Shown: piece after piece, positions 50,851 through 64,000 of the stretch
Layout of the letters: each line of letters opens with the position of its first letter
Position numbering within the stretch: the first letter of the stretch is position 1
Origin: Podarcis liolepis
Taxonomy: Eukaryota
Assembly: GCA_965112155.1 (NCBI GenBank)
Contig: OZ218103.1
Direction: 5' to 3' (one strand)
Length of the DNA: 64,000 nucleotides
Translations under genes and position numbers: made by a program
Notes under the pieces: generated by a model
The model's input: the letters and a program-made list of their open reading frames with translations, nothing else
What the model was told of the DNA's origin: nothing
Databases searched by the model: none

Positions 50851-52619
50851 TGAACAGGCAAAGGCAGCAGCCAACTAACTGGTTTTTTAAATGCTCAAGC
50901 CAGACTACCTCGGTTGGAGAGACACGGGGTTCTTGTACAATCTGAGCGCTAGGGGTTGGATATCAAGCCCTTGTTGGACAGGGGGAACCTGAAGGCTCAG
51001 GCAGAGAAACAAAAGCAAAAAGAAACCCGAGGGTTGGGAGGACCGAGTCAGGAACAATTTGGAAATTAAAGTTGTAGGGACCCTTAAAGGAGGCATTGGA
51101 AGGGGAGAGAGGAAATTAAGGGCTGGTGTGTATGGTATAGCTGCTGAGATCTAAGACAAGAAGCTCCCCATCTTAATGCTTGTGAAATGAATAGGGCCCT
51201 TAATGGCTAGAAAGCAGCAGCAAGAGAGTTAGAAGTTTGAGTTTGAGGGTGCCAGACTTGGAACAAGGATTGTAGTGAGGAATATTACATTGTTGCGGGT
51301 GCTAGCACAGGCAGTGTGGAAGAGAGCTAAAATAACGATGGGCAAGCAGGGTGGTGCACGTTGGTATTGCTAAGCTGCGTGCAGTTCTTTGTTTGCTGGA
51401 AGATGCTTAGATGGTTCACTTCAAGTGTGATGTTTCTAACTTCTTTTTTCAGAGCATTGTGCTCTGACTCCCATTGATCTATTACCACTTAATCCCACAG
51501 CGTTTCCTTCCCTCTGCTCCAAGTTAAGAACATTAGTATGAAATCGGTTTGAGAGAAAGCATTGTACTAAAGTACTTTTGAACTCATTTCTGTTGTTGGT
51601 TTGATTATATGTGTAGCAGTGCTGAAGAAGTTGTTCCAAGGATGGAACCATATGATGGAACTTGGGTGTCTCTGGAGTTAATGCAAATGAGAACACTTAG
51701 CCTTACAGGATGCTTCCAGCTTTCATAATAACTCATTTGCAAACGCTGTTTGTCACACAGCAACTATGCTATTGAAGTCAGTGCTGTTATGCTGCCCTTG
51801 TATGCAAAAAGAATGGGATTCTGAAGATAATGATTTTCGTGTAGTGCTGTTCTCTCCCCTTTTATAAATAAATTGTATATATTACCACATTAAAGTTAAA
51901 GGAAGGTTTTACATGCTTTAAAAAGCATTTTTATTGAACGCATCAGCACATGTGAAAGAATGTTAAAAGTCTGTTTTATGTTACATTAACTAGTTTTTTT
52001 GCCAGATGAGCATGATCTTGTAGGGGGAAAGCAGCTAGTGAGGAGCTGTGTGTTTCATGCATACTTAAAGATTGCAGTGTTAAGCCTATTGCTATTTCAG
52101 AATGTGTTGGTTCTTTGATCTTTGAGAGAAGGAAGTAAGACTTTTGTTTACTTCATCAAAGTTTTCCATTCCCCCCCCCAATTGTTAGTGGGAAAAGGGG
52201 TGGGGCTAAGCATTAACTTTAAACTAGGTGGTTTGTTATATGATGTCAAAAAAATAAGAGATGTCAAGTCAGGCATCTCTAGTTCCTTTCAGTGTTCCTA
52301 AGACTTTTGAGAAGCCTTGTGTTTTTCTTTGGTTGTGTTAAGCTCAATTTTATTGTGAAGAAACAAGTTTTATCCCTCCCCCAATAAAGCAAGTTTTAAT
52401 TTCATGCTAAAATACTGGAAAATTTAAACACACACACCAAATTAGTAATATTTGTCAAAGAAATTTTTAATTCCTGTTTGAAATCTATTTTCTCCAGTTT
52501 ATTTAGAACTGAAAAATTTGTAGGATTTAGGTAGGAAAATGTTTTATTTCTAAATAAAGTGCAGAATATGGATGTACCATGTTTTTAATGATACATGTTT
52601 CTTCCTTTCCCCTTTACTA

Positions 52620-53360
52620 ATCTGTAAATAAATAAATAAATAAATCAGCATTTCATGTTATGCTCATATCTATTCAAAATATATAGAAAAATAAGGGATA
52701 TCAAACATCATGATTTTACATAGTTTCATTTTTAGATAGTCTTTTAAAAGGTGATAACAGCAAATGCATTTTAATATAATTTCAACTTATCAAATTTAAG
52801 TTTAGTTCTATCCCTTACCTCATATAAACTCATTTAAAATCTAAAACTTTTCTTATATAAACCTCCATACCACCTTATACAGAAATAAAGGAGTCAAATT
52901 AAAACGTAGACTATGGACTTTAATATTTTTTTTGTACATTTACAAAAAAAATCTCCAACTGTTTTTCATTTCTTTCTCTTTTATTCCTGTAAAATAGTTG
53001 GCTTTACCTGTGACTCATTTGTACCATTGGCTAAACTTCTGTGACATAAAAAAAACAACAACCCTTGAAGAGCAGATAAGAGGTTGGCTGATAGAGGAAG
53101 TTGGTAAGCACTCAAGGAAAAGAAGTGAAAACAGAAGAATCTGGGTTTTAATGTTATCAGGGACATGTAAGAAGGAATTGGCAGGAAGTAATATCTGGCA
53201 GCACAGAGGCTCCCCCCCCCTCAATAATTTGACAGTCCTATTAATTTTAAAATAACTTAAATAAAATAACTGTCTGACTATATATCACCCAAACATTTGT
53301 TGAGCAGTTGTACCCCATAATATTTTAGAAGAAAATCCTAATATAGCCTAACAAACAGAA
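52620..53360 (-). mobile_element. L1-like LINE 3' fragment (decayed)
   Basis: (TAAA)n and AT-rich tail, decayed ORF2-like C-terminal composition on the minus strand. Confidence 0.4.
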
Positions 53361-53912
53361 GAAACTTGATGCTGTTGATGGGAAGAAGCAAGCAGGGCTG
53401 CATTTGCAGTGTACTACTGAGTTTCCCCAAGGGTGCTCTGTCATCTTTTGATAGCTGGTATTATTGTTAGAAAACTGAAGAAAATGCTTCAACATCTGCA
53501 CATGTGCTCTTGTTGGGAAGGGATGTGGAGAAGACTGAATTTAGATTAAACCAATTAGACTAAATGTTTCTTTCATGCTTTTTGGCTTCTATTTTAAATA
53601 TATTAAAACCTACAGAAAACAGCCTGCTATCTAGAACTGAATTAATATTGCCAGTTTTAGGTGCCCATGTGACTAGGCCTCTAGGATTATTTAAGCCCTA
53701 CCTTCATGATTAAAAGCTGGTTCCTTGCTTCCTGAATAACCAGGTTAGGGCACTGGGAAATTTCTATAAAATGTGTGTTTTCTAGAGCTGGACTAACAGC
53801 ACCAAAAGCCCATGATAGACAAGATGTGGAAGATCTCTCCACTTCTTCTCCTTAAACAGTCATAGGGAGATTTTAATTCTTCCCAAAAATGCCATTTTCA
53901 TGGATTTAATTA

Positions 53913-54170
53913 CCGTATTTTTTGCTCTATATGACTCACTTTTTCCCTCCTAAAAAGTAAGGGGAAATGTGTGTGCGTCTTATGGAGCGAATGCAGGCTG
54001 CGCAGCTATCCCAGAAGCCAGAACTGCAAGAGGGATTGCTGCTTTCACCGCGCAGTGATCCCTCTTGCTGTTCTGGCTTCTGAGATTAAGAATATTTTTT
54101 TCTTGTTTTCCTCCTCCAAAAACTAGGTGCGTCTTGTGGTCTGGTGCATCTTATAGAGCGAAAAATACGG
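53913..54170. mobile_element. Second MITE of the CCGTATTTTT family
   Basis: Same TIRs and 5' subterminal sequence as 33008, TA TSDs, shorter and different interior. Confidence 0.85.
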
Positions 54171-55520
54171 TATATCCCCAACCCCCCAACTCCCCAACAG
54201 TGGGCTGTTTGCCCACTGGGGAGAACATACAGGTGTGTTTTCCCCAGTGGGGCAGTAGCAGCTTTGTGTGTGTGACAATTTGAGTTTGCGAAAACAGTAT
54301 GAGGGGTTAAAACCTCCTTCAATGCTGTGGCCCTTATCAAATGCTGCCAGCACCCCCCTCCAGTTGCTTTTAATCAAAAAGGCAATGGCAGGGGATGTGA
54401 GTACAGATATCACATCTCATCTAGTTTAGTCCTGCAAGTACATGTATATGTATTGTGTTGCCTTCTGTCTATATAAAAATTGACATTATCAAAGGATCAT
54501 ACCATTAAATTTTAGATATAGTTCCTATATTTTAGATATTAAGGCAAAATTTGCTAACCTGGTATATTCAAGATGTTTTGGACTACAGCTTTTATTAGCT
54601 TCAGCCAGCAGAGCTGTGCTGACTAGGGTTGATGGGAGTTGTAGTCCAAGACATTTGAGCGTACCCAGATTGGGGAAGAATCTGTTGAGGAGCCCAGCTA
54701 TTGAAAGCCACTTGCAAGAAACCCAGCATCTTGAACTGCGCTGTGAAAACAACAGGCAGCCATCATTGTTCTTCACATTGTTATAAGCAGTACCTACATG
54801 AGGACACTCTGTGGGCTCTTGGGTACCCCATAAGAGAAAAGGAGCAGTTTTCCCCCTTATAACAACATGTTGATGCAGCATGTGTCTAATGACTCTTCCT
54901 CATCAAGACAAAGGCTGTCATATTCCATTCCAGCTGTAACTTCTGAATAGCCTTTCATAATAATGATTCATCATACACTTAATTAAATCACTTCAATAAC
55001 CTTGTGTGGTTATATGTTAATAGTTACTAGCTCTAAACTGGAGACAAAGCATTTCAGTTTTGTGCCCATGAGTGTGATTGGTGAAAAGTCTTCAAAGCTG
55101 CCACAGGAAGCTAAAGATTTAGCAGCACCCAAAAACCCCCACATATGAGTTACTAAGGGAGGACAAAGACTATCAATAATGGTTGTGCCCTGGGACTTCT
55201 TGAATGGGGTAGGGGCCTTGCCAATCAGTAGTTAGATTTCTTACTTGGATTTCACTTCTATCTGTCCATCTTTTCCCAGTCCTTACTAGCAATCAGATGC
55301 TATATAAGAATCATGATTGCAGCATCATTTTAAGCCCAAGTCTTGGGCAACCTTGGATGGTTTGAAAGCTCAGAGTACATAACCACAAAATAATAATAAA
55401 TAACAATGATAGGGAGCCAGGACTGGCGCACTCACTCAGCAAGTAGATGCCCTTTCCATTCCCCAACCTGACTGTTGTTCCTCCACATGGTAAATCCATG
55501 TTGTTAACCACCACTTAATA

Positions 55521-55761
55521 CAGTGGTACCTCGGTTTACGAACTTAATCCATTCCGGAAGTCCGTTCTTAAACAGAAACCATTCTTAAACTGAGGCACAC
55601 TTTTCCTAATGAGGCCTCCCTCTGCCGGTGCCCTTCCACCGTTCGGCTTCCGTTCTTAGACCAAGGTAAAGTTCACAAACCGGGACACTACTTCTGGTTT
55701 TGCGGAGTTTGCAAACCAAATAGTTCATAAACAGGGCTGATCTTAAACCGAGGTACCACTG
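55521..55761. mobile_element. Tc1/mariner (Tigger-like) MITE
   Basis: TIRs cagtggtacctcggttta / taaaccgaggtaccactg with TA TSDs. Confidence 0.85.
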
Positions 55762-58700
55762 TATAGGATGGATTTGCAGTACACGTTTAATGTAGGAGCT
55801 ACCTGTGCAGTATTACAATTCCAACCTCTAAATACGAAGCTGCAGTGGAGTAGAGATAAAGAACTCTCAACCTCCCCCTTGCTATTTTCTGGTGGTACAC
55901 TCCATTTCACTTTAGCTTAACTGTAAACATTGACTGTCTGTTGCCTGTCAGTCTACCAACTTCCATAGCTGCTGGCTGAACTGCTGTGATGTTACAGTAG
56001 CCTGGAGGAGAACTGGATAGGCATGGAGAGTAGTGGAGACTGAAAGGTTGAAAGGAAGTACCAGGTCCTAAATATAATGGATTTGGGGACAAAGGGGGGC
56101 AGTGAAAACAGCAGAAAGCAGAAGGCATAGAAAAGAAATGTTGGAAGCAGGGGGACTAAGAGAACGATGATGAGAGCAGGCAATATGCTTAGGGAAGTGG
56201 GGACTGAGGAAATTTTACTAAAAGGTCAGTGGGTGGAATCCTCCCTACCCCCACCCCATTGTGGATTCAGTTGCTATGATAACACAATATTCTGGTGGAA
56301 GCTATTTCACATGGAGAAAGGCACAGAAAGAATTATGTTCTTTGGATGGAAATGGATATTGGAAAGGCAAAGAGGACTGCGGAGACACCCATATTTCTTA
56401 GTAGCTAGCTGTGGATGAATTAGCCCCAAATTTAGAAGAGTTCCAAAAATCTCAATTATAGCATTAACTTCTCTAACCTTCGTTTGCCTGGGAAATGAGT
56501 GTATGTGACTTTTCGATGTGCTGTACTTGAGGCAAATCTGAAGAGTTCCAGGTGAGGAAGTAGAATTCAGATGGTTCAATATATAATTTTGTGGCGAGAG
56601 TGAAGCTGGATGCAGTGAGAGTAAAACGGACTGTGTGCTGCACATGGGCATGCAATTCAAAGCAGCTGACACAGGAGGAAAAGAAATTTCACTAATCACT
56701 GACCAAGCGCCAACTTGACAATGCAGGTTCTTGAGAAGAGTACTGTTGTAGGCCGTGTATATATCCAGACGGTAAGCAGAAATTGATGCCTGACCAAAAA
56801 GAGAGAGAAAAAGCATAGAGGCCTGGAGGAGGCAGAGCCCAGCAGCCCATTCTCAGTGAAAGCATTCCTTCCAATGTTTCACGGGCTTGAACTAATACTA
56901 CTTGTGAAATGTTTAGCAAATATGTAGTAAATGATCATGTACTACACTGTTAGGTTGTCTGTTGCCCAGGTTTCTGGAGGTTGATAAACATACTTTTGTC
57001 AGGTTGCCTAACTTTTTTGAAGCATTAGCTGGATGTTTTTAATAATTGGTAGAAGGAATTGTCTTATGCTTTATGTGACCTAGTGTCCCGTTAGCAAGGT
57101 TCGCTGGGGCTTGGCTTGAATGGCACTGGCAACTGATGTAGCTGCTTTGAGGGTCCTGTGGTAGAAAAATGGGATCTATTTACATACCAAATCGTTCATT
57201 TGATCATTTGAAATTTATTTAGCATTTCCTTCTTGACCCTACCAGGGTTTTACTGCTTTTTCTTTTTAATTAGGTGTTCACTGAACACCTCTTCATACAA
57301 TAATCTAGGCACATTGTCAGCTCTTCTAAAGGTTGTGCATGCACACTCAAGTACTAGAGAAAGTATGAAACCCAGAATGTGCTGAAAGCCAAACCTTGTT
57401 TTGGTAGTTAGAGACAAGTTTCTGACCAAGAATTTGGGGCAAAGCGGGGAGGAACACACAAGCCTTTCAGGCTGCTACAATATACCCAGGTGGTTATGTG
57501 AACAAAGATCCTTAACTGTAAGCCATTTTTACTAGCTATGTTAGAGGCAAGATATTTTAAGAATGGTTTAAAATAAATAAATTGGCCGGGATAGCTTAAA
57601 TGGGCCTTTGTTTTTTTTTTGCTTGATTTTAAAATGTAGATGCAGATATAGTTTTCAAAATATCTTTAACTATGTACCATAAGGACTTGTGTGATAAGAT
57701 CATAATTCTCTTAGAAGTGGTTGATCTTATTCAGCAATCAAGGTGGAATGGTATTATTGCTGCTGCAGCTGAATCAGAGGTTGAGCTGCCAATAGATAAA
57801 CTCCAAGTTGCATCTAGTTCTCAGCCTGCAGCCATACTGTGCATACCCAGTATGCTTCTGCCTGCATTGCAAACAAACAAGAGTAGCAATCAGAAGTTGC
57901 TTAAGTGTATGCAGTTACTATGATTGTTTCTGCCAAAGAATGCAGAAGACTAGGAACATCACAGATGGAAACATGCTCTAAAACTGTGCCATTATCTTGA
58001 AATATTTGCCTTCATTGATCATTGCAGTGGTGTATCTGTTGTTTCACATAATTTCAGCTAAAATTGTACTGTTCAGTGACAGCTTTTGCTACTTGCTGAA
58101 TTAATCTAAGTCTCTATTTTAATAATTCATACTGATTGTATGGTTTTGCATTTAGGAATGTCCCTCCCCCCCCCCCACTTCCTATAGTATCACATTTAAT
58201 GGTTTCATTGTATAAGTATCCTGTGGACAATGTAATTAGGTTTTTATGGAATCAGATTTTGCTGCTTCCTTTCACTTTTGCAGACTCCTTGGGCAGGAAA
58301 AGCTTTGACTGCTAGAGAACTGTGCATCACAGTTTAAATTAAGTCTAGCCTCCTCAATTCTTTCTGAAATGTGATCATGAAGTGTTAAGATAACTGTTGT
58401 AATTTTTGCTTTGTGAATGGGTAAAAACTTAACATGTTTGTTCTGTGTTCTCTGGTAGCTGGTATTTCAAACCACATAGAATGTTCTAAAATCTTGGATA
58501 GATACTAACTGGTCTCATAATCTGACATGCCTGCTTATTTTGTGAACAACCTTTAGTTCTAAATTTTAACTCAATTTATAAATATTACATATGGGATTAA
58601 CACATCTGAAACTTTTGATTGCATGAATTTTGTTTCATCTAAAGCAGCCATGGGGCAAAGAGTGTATTTGAAGACCACTACTTTTGTACAAATTACCTTC

Positions 58701-60912
58701 TTTTTGAAAGTCAATCAATGTAGTCCCTTACTGTTGAAAAAGGTATACAGTACTAAAACTATATTTCACTGCCAAGCTTAGAGAATTTTAGTAAAGAGGT
58801 CTAACCTGTTTTTGCAGGTTTTGTCACACTTTCTGATGGAAAAGGAAGAAAAAGGCAGACAACCCATAACAATTTGCAGCTGAGCTGTTGGCACACAACA
58901 AAATTAACAGTAGGACTCCAAACACTTGTCCTTGATTAGCAAGCTGTTAATGTGCTTCTCTCCCTTACTCCCGGTCCCACCCCATGGTCTTATTTCAGGG
59001 AGAGCTGAGTTGCAGGGTGAGGTGCTAAAATAAACTTTTTAAAAAACACTGTTATGAAACTGTTGCAAAATGCTATATACAAAACATGCTTGAAATTGGT
59101 AGCTTTTAACTGAGAAAGTTGAATTCTACTTCAGTGTTTATTATATCTATATGTTCTGAATGATACTGCTACCCAACTTTTAAAGATCAAAAACTGTGCT
59201 TTTAGATAGCTCCTGGCAAGCTGGAAAAAAAATATTGGTTCTTTGTAGTCTGATACAGAACTCCATTGTTTAATCTCACACCTGGCAATGTTAGCATTGC
59301 TATGAAGGCTGAACAGTTTCATTGTTGTGGTTTAATCACTTTGGGTTGTACTCAATAGTAGTCCTACTTGGAGTTGACCCATTGAAATTAAGGAACCTAA
59401 GTCATGCCCATTAACCTCAGTGAGTCTGTCGTGGGGTATGGAAACTTTTCTGATGAGATAACATATTATCTCTTCAACCCCAGGTGGGCCAAATTTGGCA
59501 GGTGTGTAAGGCTGCCATCTGTCAATCCCCTGGCATCACTATGACATCAAGTAATGCTGTGCTTTGAAGTCCCAGAACTTTCAGTTTTGCTGTTTGCAAA
59601 GGGCTTTCAGACAGCTCTGGAGGCCCAAATAAGAGTACTGTGGTAGTGGTGGCAACGCTGCCTGAAAGTCTTTTGCAAAAGCAACTGTTTTTGTGCACTC
59701 CCTATCTACTGTTCGGGACAGGGTCAGCCAGCTGCCGTTTGGGAGTATCACAGAAGAAGTCCTATGCACAGCCAATCTTTCCAAAAGACAGCTTCTTCCA
59801 AAAGGGGTTGCTTTCTTTGGCTGTGCATGCCTTTTCCCAAGAGGGGACAGGCATGCACAGCCAAAATGAGCCCTTTGCAAGTTGCTCCATGCTGCTCCTT
59901 TCAGTTTCTGATTTTGAAAGTTGAAAGGAGCTGCTTCAAAGAGCACCACTGGGAGGAAGAAGAAGTGGTTTCCCTTCTTGAAGAAGGCGGTCTCCATAGC
60001 TAGAAGCAGCTTTGGCCAGCTATAACTGTTCCTTGGCCAGACATTGACCACAGTAGTGTAGGTATTGGTGACTTCAAGATTGGATTGCTTCAATGCACTC
60101 AATGTGGGGCATTGTTTGCGCTTGACCTGGAAAGTCCAGTTATTGCAGAATGCTCTGGCATAGTTGCAGACAGCAATTCAAGACCCTGTCTGTATAAAAC
60201 AATTTTCCAGGCTGCCCAGCCTGGAGCTAGAATAATAAAAAAAGACACCAACTTTCTCCTCCTTTAAAACCTGCTCCTGTGCTCAGCAGAGTTTCATACA
60301 CCTTGCCACTCCGTTCTGCCTCACTGCTCCACGACCAGAAATACATTTGCTCTATACATCTAATTAAAGGATTTTAATGCTGATAGCATTTCTGTATTCA
60401 GACAAAGTGTGCAATTTCCCCAAAAACACATTGTGTTGCTTGACCAGTTTCATGTATGTTTTTTCTTTTCTTTTAGAGAACTGCATCTTTATATAGTAAA
60501 TTCCTATGCAATAAAGTTGATATGTATTCTAAATCTGAAGTTGCTTCTGTTGCTTAATAAAAAGTTGGGTTCTTTACAGATCACCCATTTTTTGCTAAAA
60601 GAAGTTTCTTTTCATTGTATCTGATTTCCATGTTGAGTGTTTTCTGCTTATTGCATCAGTTTTTCAGTACTGCTTATCTCTCTTGGTTGCCAACCATTTT
60701 AGTAGCTCTGCTTTTGTAATTTTAAAAGCCATCTGATAAGTGGAAAATAATCAGGTGATAGAGATAAGGCAACAGCAAAAGCTTTTCCTATTTAAGTTTT
60801 GTGTGCTAGTCTGCTGCTAAGGCACAGGGTCAGTTAAAAAAGGTGGCAACTCTACTGTCCATGCCCAGATCTGCTTAGGGGTAGCAGTGTATGTGTCTTC
60901 ATATTATTTTCT

Positions 60913-61083
60913 GTAGTGTCCCGGTTTGCGAACTTTACCTCAGTCTTAGAACTGAATTTGAACGGTGGAAGGGCACCAGTGGTGGAAGGCCTCATTAGGG
61001 AAAGCGTGCCTCGGTTTAAGAAAGGTTTTGGTTTAAGAACAGACTTCTGGAACAGATTAAGTTCGTAAACCGAGGTACCACTG
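60913..61083. mobile_element. Truncated inverted copy of the 55521 MITE
   Basis: Reverse-complement match to about 55521-55690, ending aaaccgaggtaccactg|ta. Confidence 0.8.
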
Positions 61084-61970
61084 TAAATCATTTTTAGCTT
61101 ACCAAACATGTGGTCTTTGTCTATGCTAGGGGAAGAGGAAAACTTTGCAAGGGCATATTTTAAAGGTCTAACAGCCTATATTTGCATGTTTTACTTTGCT
61201 GCGTATTTTGTGATTTTAAATCTCTGCTGGTGTTCTCTCATCAAAGAGTACTTGCCCGAAACTTGGACCTTGGCATCTAGGAATTCTCCTTACATACCTA
61301 CTTTTTGCTTGAACCAACACTTCAGACCTTGTTAGAATACCCTTAAGGCCAGCACAACTGTGGGGATAGCCCTTGTCCCCTTCCCAAGCTTACCAGAGCA
61401 GAGGGGAAACTTGCCATGATAGGTGCATGTGTGGAGCCTTGTATAGCATTGAAGGGCTAGATAACAGCCTGTTACTTTTAGGTAGGTGCCCATAACTTTT
61501 ATGTTGAAAAGTAGCAATGGCAGAATCTATGCAAGTATTTCAAAACTAAACTCTCCCCTTTTGGCAGAGGTGCTTGTCGTTCTAGTGTCCATTATAACTA
61601 TTTTCATATTCAATAATAAAATTGAAATATATGAATATTAACATGTCAGCTATTTACAGCTGCATTCATGTTAACATAATCAATTTTGTTAAGTAGTTTG
61701 TGAATATCTCAGACAGTGCTTCTCCCAGCATGTCACCCTGCCCTCTCCCACATTTCAGGTTCAGTTGAAGAGTTCCTTTTTTGTTAAGCACATATGTGAA
61801 TATTGAGGCAGAGCTTTCCCTTAGGCTTTTATTAATGAACTTCATTAATCATCTTAGGAATTGTGTAACTTCTGTATTGACATACATTTTAAAATCAGGA
61901 TTACGTAATACTATGTGTTCTCTCTAGAGGATCCTGTTCAGTTGAAGTCTTATGTGGATATCCTGTAGAG

Positions 61971-62281
61971 CATGGGTAGGCAAACTAAGGCCCGAGGGCT
62001 GGATCCGGCCCAATTGCCTTCTAAATCCGGGCCGTGAATCAGCGTGTTTTTAAATGAGTAGAATGTGTCCTTTTATTTCAAATGCATCTTTGGGTTATTT
62101 GTGGGGCCTGCCTGATGTTTTTACATGAGTAGAATGCGTCCTTTTATTTAAAATGCATCTCTGGGTTATTTGTGGGGCATAGGAATTCATTATTATTTTT
62201 TTTCAAAATATATTCTGGGCCCCCCACAAGGTCTGAGGGACAGTGAACTGGCCCCCTGCTGAAAAAGTTTGCTGACCTTTG
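61971..62281. mobile_element. hAT MITE with internal ~71-bp duplication
   Basis: TIRs catgggtaggcaaact / agtttgctgacctttg; perfect 8-bp TSD ctgtagag at 61963-61970 and 62282-62289. Confidence 0.85.
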
Positions 62282-63583
62282 CTGTAGAGTAAATCTTCTT
62301 GTCTCTTCTACACTACAAAGAACCATATTGTTGAGATTTTGCTCCCTTGTATTGTTTTGCGACTGATGGATACAGTTGTAGTCTACTCTGTATATTGTTT
62401 AATATACTGATCACCGCTTTTACAAACCTTTTGGCTGAAAAGGAGTATATAAATAAATTGTAATTGTCTGACATGGCTAGAGATATGCAGTAAATGGGAA
62501 AAGTTGTTCCCAGTCTTATATTGCTTGCATTAACAAACAGTGTACTGTATGTGCTAATGTAGCATTCTTTTTTTTTAAAGTGGGAACCCATATTTATGTT
62601 CTACCCTCTTTTATGCCTACTCAGAGGAAGTGCCAACAACCATTTATGAAGCAGTAATTTAAGATTACTACACAATCTTTATGGTTTTGGCAGGTTTTGA
62701 GGATAATTTTAATACTCCTTTGCTTCCCCAGAGTTCTGATCAGGTACCTGGCAAAACACTCTTTTCCTCATTGCCTGGAAACATATACAAATGATTTACC
62801 AAGTGGTTACGGTATATGTAGCAGGTCACCACTGTGTAATGATCACCTGTATTATCACTATCATCACCATCATTATCATTATTGTGCTATAAATGTATAT
62901 TCCCTTTTGGTATGAAAGATATAGGAGTTGAGTATTAAGGATAGACACTTCATTTGTTAAATTGAAGTAAGGCCCAAACTAGATGTTATGTGGCGTGAGG
63001 AATTCAACATTGCAAGGTGGGTTTTCCCCTGGCTTAATCCTTTGCAATTTTTCCAGTTAAAATGATCTCCTCTCAAAACTTCTGGTTTTGAGACTGGTGC
63101 CATAACAGGGCTAAAGTAAGAGCTGTTATTTTTATTATTAGTGCTTTTAATAGTAAGCAGCATTTGAGAACTTTTGTGAGTTGTAAATCTCTTGTAAGTT
63201 ACTATATATACTTGCTTATGGCAATGTAAGAAAAGTCTTCAGATTGGTATAGTTCTTTAGAACAGCTTATTCTATGGCAATTGTTTTCATATTCAACAGA
63301 TCTTTCCCATATTGTCGTCTTTGCTGTGGAAATTTTTAATACAGCCAAGGTTCCTGGGGCATGTTTATAGGGCAGCCTTTTTAAATATATGGAACCCCAG
63401 ATGTTGTTGGACTACAATTACCATCATCTTTCGTCAATGACCTGAGATGATGGGGGTGTAGTACAACAACATCTTGGGGACCCAAGTTGAATAATTTTTT
63501 CTAGTGTTGAAGTTCAATGCAGGGCACTTTTGTGACCCTTGTTGTCTCCACCATTGTACTTCCTAGACTGAATGTCTGCCTTA

Positions 63584-63923
63584 GGGGGTGGGCTCAGTGA
63601 TAGAGCACATGTTTTTCATGCAAATGTTCTGAGGTTGGATCCCCAGCATCCCCAGGCAGGGCTAGGAATGTCCCCAATCAGAAACCTTGGAGTCACAGAG
63701 AGTTGGTGTAAACAATACAGTCAAACCTCGGCTCCCGCTGAAAACCTGGAAGTAAATGCTCTGGTTTTCGAACGTTTTTCAGAAGCTGAATGTCCGACAC
63801 AGCTTCCGATCGAGTGCAGAAAGCTCCTGCAACCAATCAGAAGCCACGCCTTGGTTGTCGAACATTTCGGAAGCCAATTGTTTGACAGCCAATCTGACTA
63901 TATAAAACAGCTTTCTATGTTCC
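63584..63923 (+). mobile_element. Squam3-like SINE with a nested Tc1/mariner MITE fragment (63718 to about 63893)
   Basis: gctcagtgatagagca head, ggttggatcccc B-box-like, cagctttctatgttcct tail; insert begins ta|cagtcaaacctcgg. Confidence 0.65.
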
Positions 63924-64000
63924 TTAGAATACAACCAGCACTCTGATGCACATTGCAATAGGCATGTTTTCTTTCAGGGATGTTTATAATCCATTAATGA

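Noticed and set aside
55900-56900. Minus-strand ORFs (up to 169 aa)
   Set aside because: Look like a heavily decayed L2-type LINE (YNSTLL-like motif); too weak to call as a gene or a confident feature
59581-60102. 173-aa minus-strand ORF, and any possible USP49 coding exon in 50.3-64 kb
   Set aside because: No zf-UBP or USP catalytic motifs are visible in the ORF track for this interval; USP49 CDS presumably lies beyond the window
1-64000. CRISPR arrays, operons or prokaryotic defence systems
   Set aside because: The sequence is eukaryotic with spliceosomal introns, and no regularly spaced repeat-spacer array is seen

Overview
This is vertebrate genomic DNA, almost certainly from a squamate and probably a lacertid lizard (Sauria SINEs, Squam3-like SINEs, CR1/L2/Penelope remnants). 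It carries the conserved amniote block CCND3 (+, exons 3-5 and 3'UTR) -> BYSL (-, complete, 7 coding exons, 443 aa) <-> MED20 (+, complete, 4 coding exons, 212 aa), with BYSL and MED20 arranged head-to-head. A large CpG island at about 49.2-50.9 kb follows; by synteny it is probably the USP49 promoter and non-coding first exon, but no USP49 coding sequence is visible. All exon boundaries were read from GT-AG sites and are phase-consistent. Most other ORFs in the track are spurious (introns, antisense shadows, transposons). I see no convincing novel protein-coding system. The most interesting non-obvious signals are: (1) an apparently intact minimal hammerhead ribozyme in a short TSD-flanked Penelope-like insertion on the sense strand of MED20 intron 1; (2) a TSD-flanked retroposed insertion splitting the BYSL/MED20 bidirectional promoter; (3) DNA-transposon MITEs whose interiors are stacks of near-perfect hairpins; (4) an orphan RFX/GC-box CpG-rich promoter-like element at about 43 kb; (5) a candidate spliced divergent transcript from the 49-50 kb island. 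Family assignments and human comparisons come from recognition and memory, not from database searches.
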